In this document: one piece after another, positions 19,636 to 30,156 of the stretch
Layout: each line of letters opens with the position of its first letter
Position numbering within the stretch: position 1 is the stretch's first letter
DNA from: an uncultured bacterium
GTDB lineage: Bacteria > Babelota > Babeliae > Babelales > Vermiphilaceae
NCBI GenBank assembly: GCA_963727255.1
Contig: CAVSFC010000002.1
Coordinates: 512,001 to 576,000 of the forward strand
Direction: 5' to 3'
DNA: 64,000 nucleotides
Notes under the pieces: model-generated
Seen by the model: the letters and a program-made list of their open reading frames with translations, nothing else
Database searches by the model: none
What the model was told of the DNA's origin: nothing
Made by a program: the position numbers and the translations under genes

Positions 19636-19715
19636 TGAAGTCTATTTATAGAGGAACCATCTCATTTGGATTAGTGAGCATACCAATCCTAATAACCAAG
19701 GGAATTTTGGTATGA
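19635..19715 (+). pseudogene. ku 5' remnant forming a 26-aa ORF
   Basis: MKSIYRGTISFGLVSIPIL versus the intact Ku start MKSIWKGTISFGLVSIPVR at 20911. Confidence 0.85.
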
Positions 19716-20896
19716 AACGGCTATTACTCATTCTCGGCATACTTGTGCTTTCGGCACAGGCAATGGAATTGCCAACCAAGCAGCTTTCTTTGCTTGAGGT
19801 TTTACCCGATGAGCTTAAGGTGGAAATTTTCAAAGCCTTAACCTCAGTTGAAAAAGAAACAAAAGATAAGGCATTAGCGCAAGCTGCCAAAAATATTCGT
19901 GCCTTGAGTGTAACGAGTAGCACATTCGCAGTGTTAGCAAAAGATAAAAAATTGACCGGTGAGCTTATTAAAGAATTAGCGGACCGATATACCGACGGTG
20001 ATTTGGTTAAAGCAGCCATCGCATTAGGAACTGATGCAGCGAGTGAATGGATCACATCTCAAGTGAATCCATATATCCAAGGTGCTATTTCGGACAAATT
20101 AGTGGAAGCAAGTAAATATGACGATGTTAAAGCGGTACAGTTTTTTTTAAAATATCTTCCTAAAGATCGGGTAGATGTGATTGTGAATGGCATGACGCCG
20201 TTAATGTATGCTGTAGGCAATAAACATGAAAAAATTGTTGATTTATTGCTTGTAGCAGGAGCAGATGTGAATGCGCAAAATGATGCGGGCACGACCCCTT
20301 TGATTTTTGCAATATTTGCAGATTATCTTCCTACCTTAGACCGATTGTTGAAAGCTCCGTTGATTGATCTTAATAAAAAAAATAATTTAAATCGCACGCC
20401 ATTAGCTATTGCTCTCTCGCTTGACTTGAAAAATCGATACGTAATAATCAATAAGTTAATTGCAGCAGGGGCTGATGTTAATATGCGCGATGCAAGTGGA
20501 TCGACTCCTTTGATATTGGCAATCGATGAAGAAAATGTTAAATTAATAGATTTATTATTGTTTGCCGGAGCGGATCCAAACATCAAATCTAACAATGGAA
20601 CTACTGCATTAATAGTTGCAGCGCGCAGAGGATTAAAAAATATCGTGCAAGCGCTCCTTAGTGCAAAGGCCGAAATCAATGCGCAAGACAATCAGAATCA
20701 AACAGCACTCCTGGTTGCTACCTTGTATAGTCAGTATTTTGTCGCTAAACAACTGCTTGAAGCCGGCGCAAATCCAAATCTGAAAGATAATGCGAACCGA
20801 ACGCCACTCTGGTATTTAAAAGAGCAGGCAAGGCGTTCTGGCAATGTGAACATTGATATGTTTATTGCCTTACTTAAAAAATATGGAGCCAAATAA
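19712..20896 (+). CDS. Secreted ankyrin-repeat protein (paralog 3, mosaic of paralogs 1 and 2)
   Basis: Same N-terminal domain, ankyrin repeats, C-terminus YGAK as in paralog 1. Confidence 0.92.
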   Translation: MKRLLLILGILVLSAQAMELPTKQLSLLEVLPDELKVEIFKALTSVEKETKDKALAQAAKNIRALSVTSSTFAVLAKDKKLTGELIKELADRYTDGDLVKAAIALGTDAASEWITSQVNPYIQGAISDKLVEASKYDDVKAVQFFLKYLPKDRVDVIVNGMTPLMYAVGNKHEKIVDLLLVAGADVNAQNDAGTTPLIFAIFADYLPTLDRLLKAPLIDLNKKNNLNRTPLAIALSLDLKNRYVIINKLIAAGADVNMRDASGSTPLILAIDEENVKLIDLLLFAGADPNIKSNNGTTALIVAARRGLKNIVQALLSAKAEINAQDNQNQTALLVATLYSQYFVAKQLLEAGANPNLKDNANRTPLWYLKEQARRSGNVNIDMFIALLKKYGAK

Positions 20897-20910
20897 AAAA
20901 GGAAAAAATA

Positions 20911-21756
20911 ATGAAGTCTATTTGGAAAGGGACAATCTCATTTGGGTTGGTAAGCATACCAGTCCGTTTATATTCAGCTATACAAGAGCATGTGCTTGGT
21001 TTTAAAATGCTGCATAATAAATGCCATACACCGATCACCTATCTACGCTGGTGCAGTCATTGCAAAAAAGAAGTTCCCTGGAATGATATTGTAAAAGGCT
21101 TAAAGCTTGAAGATGGTTCATATGCAGTGCTTACTCAAGAAAAGATAAAAGAGCTCAGGCCGCAAAAAAGTGATGCAATTACCATAGTGGAATTTGTTTC
21201 AGCTTCTCAAATCCAACCCATTTATCTTGAACACCATTATTATCTGGGACCAGAGAAAGCGGGCGAAGCAGCATTTTATTTATTTAAAAAAGCCTTAGAA
21301 AAATCTGGCAAAGTAGCAATTGGCACCTTTGTGATGCGCGATAAAGAATATGCGTGTGTAATCAATCCCTATGATAAAACCATGCTTCTTTCTACCCTCA
21401 ATTATGCCTATGAAATCCGAGATCTTAAAGAAGTTCCGAATCTTGAGAAAGAGCCAAAACAAATTAGTGCGGCCGAGCTAAAACTTGCTGAACAATTAAT
21501 TAATCAGATCACTGTCAAAAAATTTAATCTAGGCCAATTTAAAGATACTTTTGCTGAGCAATTAATGGCGGCAATTAAAAAGAGTAAAAGAGAAGGCTCA
21601 TCACGAACGGGCAGAAAAAAGAAGACAAAAGAAAAGCCACTAATCGTTGGCAAGAAGAAGGAGACCAGTTTGGCAACTGCTTTGCGCGCGAGCCTTATTG
21701 CCCCGGGAAGAAGTGACGGAATTGCGCGTGCAAAAGCAAAAGGCAAAAAACTATGA
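20911..21756 (+). CDS. ku: Ku protein (non-homologous end joining)
   Basis: IWKGTISFGLVSIPVRLYSA, IVKG, YYLGP, FKDTF, basic C-terminal tail. Confidence 0.95.
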   Translation: MKSIWKGTISFGLVSIPVRLYSAIQEHVLGFKMLHNKCHTPITYLRWCSHCKKEVPWNDIVKGLKLEDGSYAVLTQEKIKELRPQKSDAITIVEFVSASQIQPIYLEHHYYLGPEKAGEAAFYLFKKALEKSGKVAIGTFVMRDKEYACVINPYDKTMLLSTLNYAYEIRDLKEVPNLEKEPKQISAAELKLAEQLINQITVKKFNLGQFKDTFAEQLMAAIKKSKREGSSRTGRKKKTKEKPLIVGKKKETSLATALRASLIAPGRSDGIARAKAKGKKL

Positions 21757-23279
21757 AAAAAAAGTTGGTATACTGGTCTCTATTGAGTTTGCTTTTTAGC
21801 TTTGATATTTATGCGATGGAGATCCCAAAACCTGAGCCCAAGAAGCGAAAAATATTTGAACAGGTGGTACAGCCAGAAGAAGAAATAACTCTTCAAGAAT
21901 CTGAGCAGGAAAGAAAAGAGGAAATTGAACAAAAGGAAGCTAAACCTCCCGTAAAAGTGGCAAAATTTCTTTCTGGCCTCGAGGAGCTTGCGCCTGAGAT
22001 CAAAGCGCAGATCGTAAAAACTCTTACGGTTGGCGAAGGCCCCAATGAACTGAATAGATTAATTTCAGCGGTGCAAAATATTCGTGCGCTTGGAACAAGC
22101 AGCCCTGAATTTGCATTTTTATTATACGATCCAAAGACAACTGACTATCTAATCAAAGAGCTTTCAGAGCGATATACCGGAAATAATCGAGTAAGAGCAG
22201 CGATTGCTCTGGGAACCAGCGCTGCAAGTGAATGGGTTGCCTCGAATCGTAAAGAAACTTCAATAGAAGATGATATACTCAGTGAGCTTGATAAAGCATG
22301 CCGGGAGAACCATGCTGATGAGGTTAAATTCTTAGTGCAATATTTGCCTTATAATGACCCTTTAATAAATAAACCGTATGAAGACTCTATTCCAATCATA
22401 AGCGCTACGCATGAGGGTAATGAAAAAATTGTCGATTTATTAGTAAGAAAAGGGGCAAATGTTAATGCTCAAACGGTCGATTTGCATACTCCATTGATAA
22501 TAGCAGTTAATAATGAAGATAAACATCTTGTTAAATATTTTATTGAGCATAAAGCAGATAGTAATTCTAAAAGTAGTATCATCGGTTGGACTGCGCTTAT
22601 GTATGCTATTTTGCTGGAGAGTCTTGCAATTTTTGACGAATTACTTACCGCTCAAGACATTCAGGTTGATGTAAAAAATAATGACGGGGCTACGGCACTT
22701 ATTATTGCTGCTAGTCGTGGCCAATATGAAATGGTAAAACGATTGATTGCCAAAAATGCCAATCTCGATATTAGTGATACCAATGGAACTACTGCTTTAA
22801 TGTTTGCAATCACAAATAGACATACCAACGTTGCTCGCGAGCTCATAGACAAAGGCGCAAACATTAATTTACGAAGAAATGATGGGGTATCTGCATTCAT
22901 GATAGCTGTTGATTTCAATAACTTGGAGCTGGTTGATCTTTTATTACAAAAGGGGGCTGAAATTAATGGTAAAGGCCCTTTAGGTATGACAGCGCTGATA
23001 GAAGCGGCTATGACAGGTAAAGAAGCGATTGTACAGCGTTTACTTGGTGCGCGCGCAGATGTTAACAGTAAAGATAATGCGGGAATGACGGCACTCATGT
23101 ATGCAATTCAAAATCAATATCCTGCAATTGTGGAGCTGCTTCTTGATGAGAAGGGCATTAATGCCAATTTACAAGATTCGCAAGGGCATTCTGCTTTCTG
23201 GTATGCGCAGCAATTGCCAGATGGAACAGATAAAAAAGAAATTTTAGAAGTATTTCAGGAACATTGCATCACGCAATAG
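21753..23279 (+). CDS. Secreted ankyrin-repeat protein with NLS-like motif (diverged paralog 4)
   Basis: Signal peptide followed by MEIP; PKKRKI; LEELAPEIKAQI; NIRAL..LIKELSERY..AAIALGTSAASEW; ankyrin repeats. Confidence 0.92.
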   Translation: MKKKLVYWSLLSLLFSFDIYAMEIPKPEPKKRKIFEQVVQPEEEITLQESEQERKEEIEQKEAKPPVKVAKFLSGLEELAPEIKAQIVKTLTVGEGPNELNRLISAVQNIRALGTSSPEFAFLLYDPKTTDYLIKELSERYTGNNRVRAAIALGTSAASEWVASNRKETSIEDDILSELDKACRENHADEVKFLVQYLPYNDPLINKPYEDSIPIISATHEGNEKIVDLLVRKGANVNAQTVDLHTPLIIAVNNEDKHLVKYFIEHKADSNSKSSIIGWTALMYAILLESLAIFDELLTAQDIQVDVKNNDGATALIIAASRGQYEMVKRLIAKNANLDISDTNGTTALMFAITNRHTNVARELIDKGANINLRRNDGVSAFMIAVDFNNLELVDLLLQKGAEINGKGPLGMTALIEAAMTGKEAIVQRLLGARADVNSKDNAGMTALMYAIQNQYPAIVELLLDEKGINANLQDSQGHSAFWYAQQLPDGTDKKEILEVFQEHCITQ

Positions 23280-23703
23280 CATCATGAGTGCCAGCGTGCT
23301 GCGCACGAACGCGGCTTGCATATTCAATCAAAAGCTGAAAAATCCTAACTTTTACTGATTCGGGCAAATTCATAAACCAATCTTGGACTTGCTGTTGGGT
23401 TACTGGCCCACGAATTTCAATCCCTTTGCATGCTTGCACAATAATATTAATCACATTGCCTAGGGCTTGAAAAAGCGCCGGCCCAGCGACTGCAGGATTC
23501 TTTGGATCGGTGGTTAAGGTACCAAGTGCCACAAGCATATTGCTAAAGTTGGCCAAAATTACTTCACCATCAACATCATCATCCTCTACTTCTGTTTGCG
23601 CAACTTGAGTTTGTGCTTTTTCAGGCTTTGCTTTGGTATGGAGTATGATTGGATCAGCAGATGCTGTCAGGCTTACTAAAATTAGTAAAAATAATTGCTT
23701 CAT
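23269..23703 (-). CDS. Secreted hypothetical protein
   Basis: AGGAG RBS, signal peptide ending ASA. Confidence 0.75.
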   Translation of the reverse strand: MKQLFLLILVSLTASADPIILHTKAKPEKAQTQVAQTEVEDDDVDGEVILANFSNMLVALGTLTTDPKNPAVAGPALFQALGNVINIIVQACKGIEIRGPVTQQQVQDWFMNLPESVKVRIFQLLIEYASRVRAQHAGTHDAIA

Positions 23704-23724
23704 GATCTCCTTTTATTTTGAAGA

Positions 23725-25041
23725 TTACTCATCTATTATTGGATCTTTACCTGCATTTTTTTCTTCAAAAACCAGAACTTGCAATACACGCTTATTGCTT
23801 GCTTTCTGAACTTGGAAATAATAATTCTTATAGAGCAATCGTTCACCTTTTTTTGGAAGATGCTGAAGTTGCTCGGTGATGAATCCGCCAAGCGTTACTG
23901 AGCCTTCTGTTTCAAAAGAGATGTGCAAAAGATCGGTAACATCCTCAAGGGGCGTGCTCGCATCAACGAGCCATCCGCCCTGCTTAAGTTCAATGATATG
24001 TTCTTTGCTTGCTTCCAATTCATCGCGTAATTCCCCCACAATCTGCTCAAGAACATCTTCAAGGGTGATCAATCCTGTAATACTTCCATGCTCATTAATA
24101 ACCACGGCAATATGCATGTGCTTGTTTTTAAATTCACGCAACATTTGGCTTACTTTAATAGATTCAGGAATAAACATAATAGGGCGCATGAGCTCTTGCA
24201 AAGACTTTTCCTCATTTTTACTCAGCAGCATAAAAATATCTTTTAAGTGCACCATGCCAAGAATGTTATCGGTTTTTTCTTCATACACGGGCAATCGAGT
24301 AAATGGGTGATTGGCAAATATTTTGAGTGTATCTTTAATCGTTGCATCGGAATTTACCATCACGATATCAGTTGCTGGAACCATTATCTCTTTTACGGGA
24401 GTGCGGCCCAATTCAAAGATATTTTGCAGCATCTCATTCTTTTCTTCTTCTATGAGCCCTTTGCCATAAATATAATCGATCAAGAATTGTATTTCTCGTT
24501 CAGAAGAAATCCATTCACTGGCAGCTTCGATCTCTTTGGTGCCGCCAAATTTTGCAACCACAAAACTCGTAAAGCGATTTAAGAAGGTAACTAATGGATA
24601 GAAGAGATAAAAAATAATGTTAACTAACCACAAGGTTGATTTAAATAATCGTTCACTGCGGCCTTTTGCGAGATTTTTGGGGATGATTTCTCCAAAAATT
24701 AATATTGCAATGGTAGCAACGGCGATCCCGAAAGAAAAACCAAGCCCGCCAGAAAGATTAAACCGCTTAAAAATTGTTTCCATGATTTGAGTTGCGAGCG
24801 CCGCGGTGGTGACATCAGCAAGCGAGTTGCAAATCAAAATGGTAATTAAAACTCGATGCGGATTCGTTTCTAAGGATTCAAATAATGTTTCATAGCGGCC
24901 GTAGCTCTTGGCCAATTCTTTTAACTTGAAGAGACGCAGTGCTGTGACACTGGTTTCTAAAAATGAGAAAAGCGCTCGAAGGCTCAACGCGATGAAAAAA
25001 AATATAATCGGTAATGTTAGCGATGTACTCAGAGTATCCAT
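23725..25041 (-). CDS. HlyC/CorC (CNNM-CBS) family transporter
   Basis: FSFLETS, IFGEIIPK, CBS pair, GLITLEDVLE.IVGE, CorC C-terminal domain. Confidence 0.93.
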   Translation of the reverse strand: MDTLSTSLTLPIIFFFIALSLRALFSFLETSVTALRLFKLKELAKSYGRYETLFESLETNPHRVLITILICNSLADVTTAALATQIMETIFKRFNLSGGLGFSFGIAVATIAILIFGEIIPKNLAKGRSERLFKSTLWLVNIIFYLFYPLVTFLNRFTSFVVAKFGGTKEIEAASEWISSEREIQFLIDYIYGKGLIEEEKNEMLQNIFELGRTPVKEIMVPATDIVMVNSDATIKDTLKIFANHPFTRLPVYEEKTDNILGMVHLKDIFMLLSKNEEKSLQELMRPIMFIPESIKVSQMLREFKNKHMHIAVVINEHGSITGLITLEDVLEQIVGELRDELEASKEHIIELKQGGWLVDASTPLEDVTDLLHISFETEGSVTLGGFITEQLQHLPKKGERLLYKNYYFQVQKASNKRVLQVLVFEEKNAGKDPIIDE

Positions 25042-25068
25042 GGGTTTATGTAATTTTTCCTTTAATAG

Positions 25069-25184
25069 GGTTCGATCCGCCTACGCCAAGGCTTTGGCGG
25101 ACAAGTACGCATTATGAATAACATTTCATTTAGTGCGCGCCTGCCCGCCATAGCTCCGAAGGAGCGACGGCAGGGTATCAAATC
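25069..25184. repeat. Composite repeat: degenerate family A scaffold carrying two family B hairpin units
   Basis: ggttcga..cgcattatgaa / ttcatttagtgcg..atcaaatc, with B units at 25076-25105 and 25140-25174. Confidence 0.65.
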
Positions 25185-25194
25185 TTGCTTCATT

Positions 25195-27523
25195 TTATTC
25201 AATGTCTACTGATGAATCGTCATCATCATCGGTTTCAGGGGCATTATCTTCAAAAAATTCTTGATCAAATTCTTTTTCAAAGAACGTTTTGAGTTTTTTG
25301 CTGCGTGAAGGGTGGCGGAGTTTTCGCAATGCTTTAACTTCGATCTGCCTGATGCGTTCACGCGTTACGGAAAAGTCTTTACCAACTTCTTCAAGAGTGT
25401 GCTCAGAGGCGACATCTATTCCGAAGCGCATTTTGAGTACTTTTTCTTCACGTGGTGTCAGCGATTTTAATACTTCCCGCACTCGTTCTTTTAAATCATT
25501 ATTGGCAACCGTATCGGATGGCGAGAAATCTGAATCGCTTTCAATGAAATCTTTAATTGAAGCGTCTTCACTATCGCCAACGGGAGTTTCAAGCGAAATT
25601 GGCTCTTTTGAAATCTTGATAATGTTTTTAATTTTCTTCTCATCAATATTCAGTTCTTTTGCCAATTCAGCATAACTTGGCTCGCGGCCATGCTCCTGAA
25701 TAAACGTGCGCTTAATTTTGTTAATTTTGTTAAGCGTTTCAACCATATGAACGGGAACCCGAATAGTACGCGATTGATCAGCGATTGCACGCGTAATTGC
25801 CTGGCGGATCCACCATGTTGCATAGGTTGAGAATTTAAATCCACGCTCAAATTCGAATTTCTCTACTGCTTTCATGAGGCCAATATTACCTTCTTGGATT
25901 AAATCAAGAAAATGTAACCCGCGGTTCACATATTTTTTGGCGATATTAACCACCAAGCGCAGGTTTGCTTTTGCCAGATCATCTTTAGCACGTTTATCTT
26001 TATTTTGGGCTGTCATTAATAGATTAAACGTTTTAAACATCAGCGGTTGATTCATTCCTACTTCGGTTTCAATCTTCTTGATGCTTTTAACAGAGCTTCG
26101 CAAATTGCGTTCAAGCTCTTCCATCACTGATCGATCTTCAGCCGAGATGGTGGTCATGCCTTGATATGCCTTAAGCTGGTCTTGGGAGAACCTGATGATA
26201 TCTTCTTTTTCTTTGATTTTCTTTATGTATTTTTCAATCTTTTTGGCAAGTTTTTTAATCAGCTTATTAGAAAGTTTGATGGTGCGAATGGTTTCGCCAA
26301 TCTTTTCTTTATTGAGACGTACCTTCTTAAGCATCTCATCTTTTTTTGCTTCGCTATCAAGCTTGCCACGGTAGCTCAAATAGATTTTTTCTTCATTATC
26401 AATAAGATCTCTAATGCTATTGATAGTAAGCAGAAGTGCTTTTTTCTCTTCTTCAATATTTGGAGAATTTTCTTCATCAAATTCAGAGAACTGAATGATA
26501 TCTTTGAGCGGTAAACTATTTTGCTGGAGCTTTTCACCGATCGTTACAAATTCTTTATGAATCACTGGAAAGCGAGAAAGCGAATCAATAGATTCTTTTT
26601 TGCTTGAAGCAATTTTTTCTGCAATAACCGTTTCTGTTTTTTTATTGAGCAAAGGAATTTTACCGATATCGCGCAAATAACATTTTACCGGATCGGTAAT
26701 TTGCGAGCTGCCCGCTTCTCGGGTTACCTCTTTTTCTTCCTCTTCGGCCTCTTCTTCAGCTTCATCTTCATCAAATTGATCGGCTTGAAGATCCAGCGAA
26801 CTTTCTAATTTTGTTTTAACATCTAAGCGAGCTCCTTCGCCTTCTTCTTCGATGCCATCAAGAGAGGCAACTTCATTTTCAAGCTCATCTTGCATGATAA
26901 GATCGATATGCTCTTTATCTAACGTGCGCAAGATCTCATTAATTTCTGATTCAACCAGATGATTTTTGTCACCGAATTCAATAATTTCTTCATAGGTTAA
27001 GAAATTGGCCCGTTTGCCTTTTTCAATGAGCTCTTCAATAAGCTCTTTTTTAAGATCGGTTGTGTGTGGTTTTACTACCGCCTTTCCTTCAAATTCTTCC
27101 ATTGCCGCGCGTTGTGCTCTTGCAGCAGGAGTTATAGATTTTTTGCTTGCCGGTGCTTTGGCTACGGGAGCTTTTACTATTGAAGGGGATACCTTAGGTG
27201 ATTGAGTAGGAGCTGTTTTTACTTGTTTGATTGGAGCAGCAGTTTTAGCCTTTGTGATTGGTTGAGCAGATTTAATAGGCGGCTTTGGTTTAGTAGTCGC
27301 TTTGCCTGCCTGTTGCTTAATAGCTGCCTTAGCAACCAGAGCTTTTGTTTTCTGCGGGGCCCGAACTTGTTTTTGCGCTTGCTTTGCTTGTGGGCGCACG
27401 GGTTTTCCTGCTTTGCGAGCTGCTGGAGCTTTTTTGGCACGTGCAGGTTTTTTTTTTTGGTGCTTTTGCAGGCTGCTTTTTGCCTTTTACAAATTCGGTT
27501 ATTCTTTTAAACAATGTTTTCAT
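25195..27523 (-). CDS. rpoD: RNA polymerase primary sigma factor with long Lys/Ala/Pro-rich N-terminal extension; apparent frameshift in an A11 run at 27448-27458
   Basis: [65 protein letters not shown]; follows dnaG. Confidence 0.95.
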
Positions 27524-27531
27524 ATGACCCC

Positions 27532-29307
27532 CTACTCAGGTAACCTGTTACCAATAATTTTTTTTTGTAAATCAGTAAAATTACGTACTAACGATGCAAA
27601 TTCTGCATCATTGCCAATTTTCTTAGCTGCTTCCAATTTTATTCTTATATTATTTACAATGAGTTTCCAATGTTTCTTTTGTAATTGGGTTAGCAACTGA
27701 TCAAAAAGGCTCTCCCTGATGTCTTCTTGGTTCTCCAAAATAGTTCTACTCACTAATTGCTGATCATTCTGATCGAGCATTTCAAAAAATTGAATAAACC
27801 CTAATGTTGGGACCTTTTTTTTCTCTTCCTGCAGTTTTTTTAGTATATCGCATAATGGATGGGGAAGATAGGTGATGAGGAATTCCTCATTATCTTTATT
27901 TATCAATTGTATGTTGTTCATTATACTAAAAAATATTTTATTTTCTAGTGTGGCAATTACGCCTCCATCGCTCTTCGCTAGCTGGAGGGGGGTAGGGCCC
28001 ATGCTCGGCAAAGCTTTTGGCTGATTCGGCCCCCTTGCGATCCGGCGTAGCTCTTTTTTGAGCGATTCAAAAGGAATTCCTAAATGCTTGCTCGCATTTT
28101 GCAGCAGAATATCTTGCTTGAGCGGCTCGTCCAGCTTTTGGATCATCTCCAGGATCTTGCGGGTTACCTGCAGCTTGCCGGCAAGGAGCTGGTTGCCAAA
28201 ATCAGCCCCGAGAGTTTCGATGAAAAAGGCAAAAATATCCTTTGCTTGTGCAATATAGGGTTCCAAAGAAAGATTGTTGGTTAAAAATGATGCCGGATCT
28301 TCCGTTGCTGCCAAACGAATCACTTTAAGATCTATGCTTGCTTGCCAGCAGAGTTGCCCAATGCGCAGGATGGCCTGTTGCCCGGCATTATCCCCATCAT
28401 ATAATACATAGAGTTGCTGGGCATATCGCGAAAGTGCGGTCAGATGGTCAACGGTGCAGGCGGTCCCCAAGGTTGCTACCGTATTGGCATAGCCATATTG
28501 TGCCATCATAATGCAATCAGTGTACCCTTCAACCAGGAAAACGGCTCCTGTTTGCTGAATATCTTTTTTTGCCTTATCGAGCCCAAAAAGAAGATGTCCT
28601 TTGGCAAAATGTTCATTTTCATGCGAGTTATAATATTTGGGCCGAGTATCATTCGATTTAAAAATGCGCCCCCCAAATCCGCAAAATCTGCCTAAATGAT
28701 CGGTAATGGGAAAGATAATTCGTTCTTCAAAGGGTGAAAAGAGGATATTTTTTCCCTTTGAAAGAATATGAGCATCAAGCAGATCATCGACCAAAATATT
28801 TTCTTTGGCCATATCGGTAGTAAACCGTTTTACTGCGGCAAGCCCGCCAGGAAAATAGCCAAGAGTAAAAGTAGTAATGCTTTTTTTTGTTATATTACGT
28901 TTTGAGCAATATGAGAATGCATCAGCTGATTTGAGAAGCTGCTCATGGCACCATTGAGCAACCAGTTGGCAAATATGATAATATCGCTTATCATCGGAAT
29001 TGCTGTTGCCCAGATCTGTGGCCAGCGTTGAAGGAAGTTCGATTTGATAGCGTTCAATTAAATGTTTGGCTGCTTCAATCTGCGAGCATTGCTCTTTGCG
29101 CGCGATAAAGGCGATCACATCCCCGCCAACATGGCATCCAAAGCAATAAAATATTTCTTTATGCGGGCTTACGGTAAATGATGCAGTTTTTTCCGCATGA
29201 AACGGGCATTGGCCTTTCCAATAAAGACCGGCTCTTTTTAATGTTGCATATTCACTCACAACATCCAAAATGGCAATACGTGTTTTAAGATAACTGAACA
29301 GATTCAT
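27532..29307 (-). CDS. dnaG: DNA primase
   Basis: CPFHAEKTASF..CFGC zinc finger, FGGR, KYYNS, VEGYTD, YDGDNAG TOPRIM. Confidence 0.97.
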   Translation of the reverse strand: MNLFSYLKTRIAILDVVSEYATLKRAGLYWKGQCPFHAEKTASFTVSPHKEIFYCFGCHVGGDVIAFIARKEQCSQIEAAKHLIERYQIELPSTLATDLGNSNSDDKRYYHICQLVAQWCHEQLLKSADAFSYCSKRNITKKSITTFTLGYFPGGLAAVKRFTTDMAKENILVDDLLDAHILSKGKNILFSPFEERIIFPITDHLGRFCGFGGRIFKSNDTRPKYYNSHENEHFAKGHLLFGLDKAKKDIQQTGAVFLVEGYTDCIMMAQYGYANTVATLGTACTVDHLTALSRYAQQLYVLYDGDNAGQQAILRIGQLCWQASIDLKVIRLAATEDPASFLTNNLSLEPYIAQAKDIFAFFIETLGADFGNQLLAGKLQVTRKILEMIQKLDEPLKQDILLQNASKHLGIPFESLKKELRRIARGPNQPKALPSMGPTPLQLAKSDGGVIATLENKIFFSIMNNIQLINKDNEEFLITYLPHPLCDILKKLQEEKKKVPTLGFIQFFEMLDQNDQQLVSRTILENQEDIRESLFDQLLTQLQKKHWKLIVNNIRIKLEAAKKIGNDAEFASLVRNFTDLQKKIIGNRLPE

Positions 29308-30092
29308 GAGTGTGCACGCTTATTTTTACCAAACGTTATGATGGCAAATACAATGCCTGCGCAAAGCGCAATAATACTCGCCACTAATTGGGGAACCGAT
29401 AAAAACTGCAATCCTGAAGTTGATAAGAATTCTCGATCTGCTCGCCACAAGTCTACAAAAAAACGTTCCAGGCTCATCAAGAAGAGATATGCACAAATAA
29501 GTTGGCCCGGTTTTTTAAAATAATACTGCAACACAAAATAGAGTAGTAAAAAGATTGCTAACAAACCAAAAGCGCTATAAAGCTGGGTGGGATGGAGTGG
29601 TTTATAAGCGAATTCGGGAATCCCACATTCATTATTTATTACCCCGAATGGCAATGAGGTTGGTAATCCAAAACAACATCCGGCAAAAAAGCAACCAATG
29701 CGAGAAATTGCCTGCAAGAGAGGTGCATAGATTGCAGCTAAATCGAGTAATTCTACGATTTTTATCTTCCTTTTTTTAAGGTAGAGGGGCATTACCAATA
29801 AAAGTGCGATGACCGCTCCCAATAATGAAAAACCGCCCAACCAAAATGCAAAGATGTTCCACCACGGTTTAATCTGTTTCCAATGGCTAAGCACAAATAA
29901 TGATCTGCCTCCGATTAGAGCGGCCAGAATAGCAAGCGATAATGTATTAAAATATTGATCTGTGCTGATCAATCGAGTTCGTTTGGGATCAGAAAGTATC
30001 AGGGCGCTAAATACCACCAATCCAATGATGATAAATAACCCGAAGCTATTGATGGCCAGTGGGCCATACAGATGTACTAATTCTCGATGCAT
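29304..30092 (-). CDS. lgt: Prolipoprotein diacylglyceryl transferase
   Basis: RIGCFFAGCCFG, HPTQLY, RFFVD..R motifs. Confidence 0.93.
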   Translation of the reverse strand: MHRELVHLYGPLAINSFGLFIIIGLVVFSALILSDPKRTRLISTDQYFNTLSLAILAALIGGRSLFVLSHWKQIKPWWNIFAFWLGGFSLLGAVIALLLVMPLYLKKRKIKIVELLDLAAIYAPLLQAISRIGCFFAGCCFGLPTSLPFGVINNECGIPEFAYKPLHPTQLYSAFGLLAIFLLLYFVLQYYFKKPGQLICAYLFLMSLERFFVDLWRADREFLSTSGLQFLSVPQLVASIIALCAGIVFAIITFGKNKRAHS

Positions 30093-30156
30093 AAAATGCG
30101 TATCTTTTTTTATAAATTGTTTGGGTGAATTTGTAATGAAGTATACAGGCCTAGAA

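Noticed and set aside
17135..23279. Diversity-generating retroelement behind ankyrin variation
   Set aside because: There is no reverse transcriptase in the window and no template/variable repeat pair differing mainly at adenines; the variation looks like duplication and recombination.
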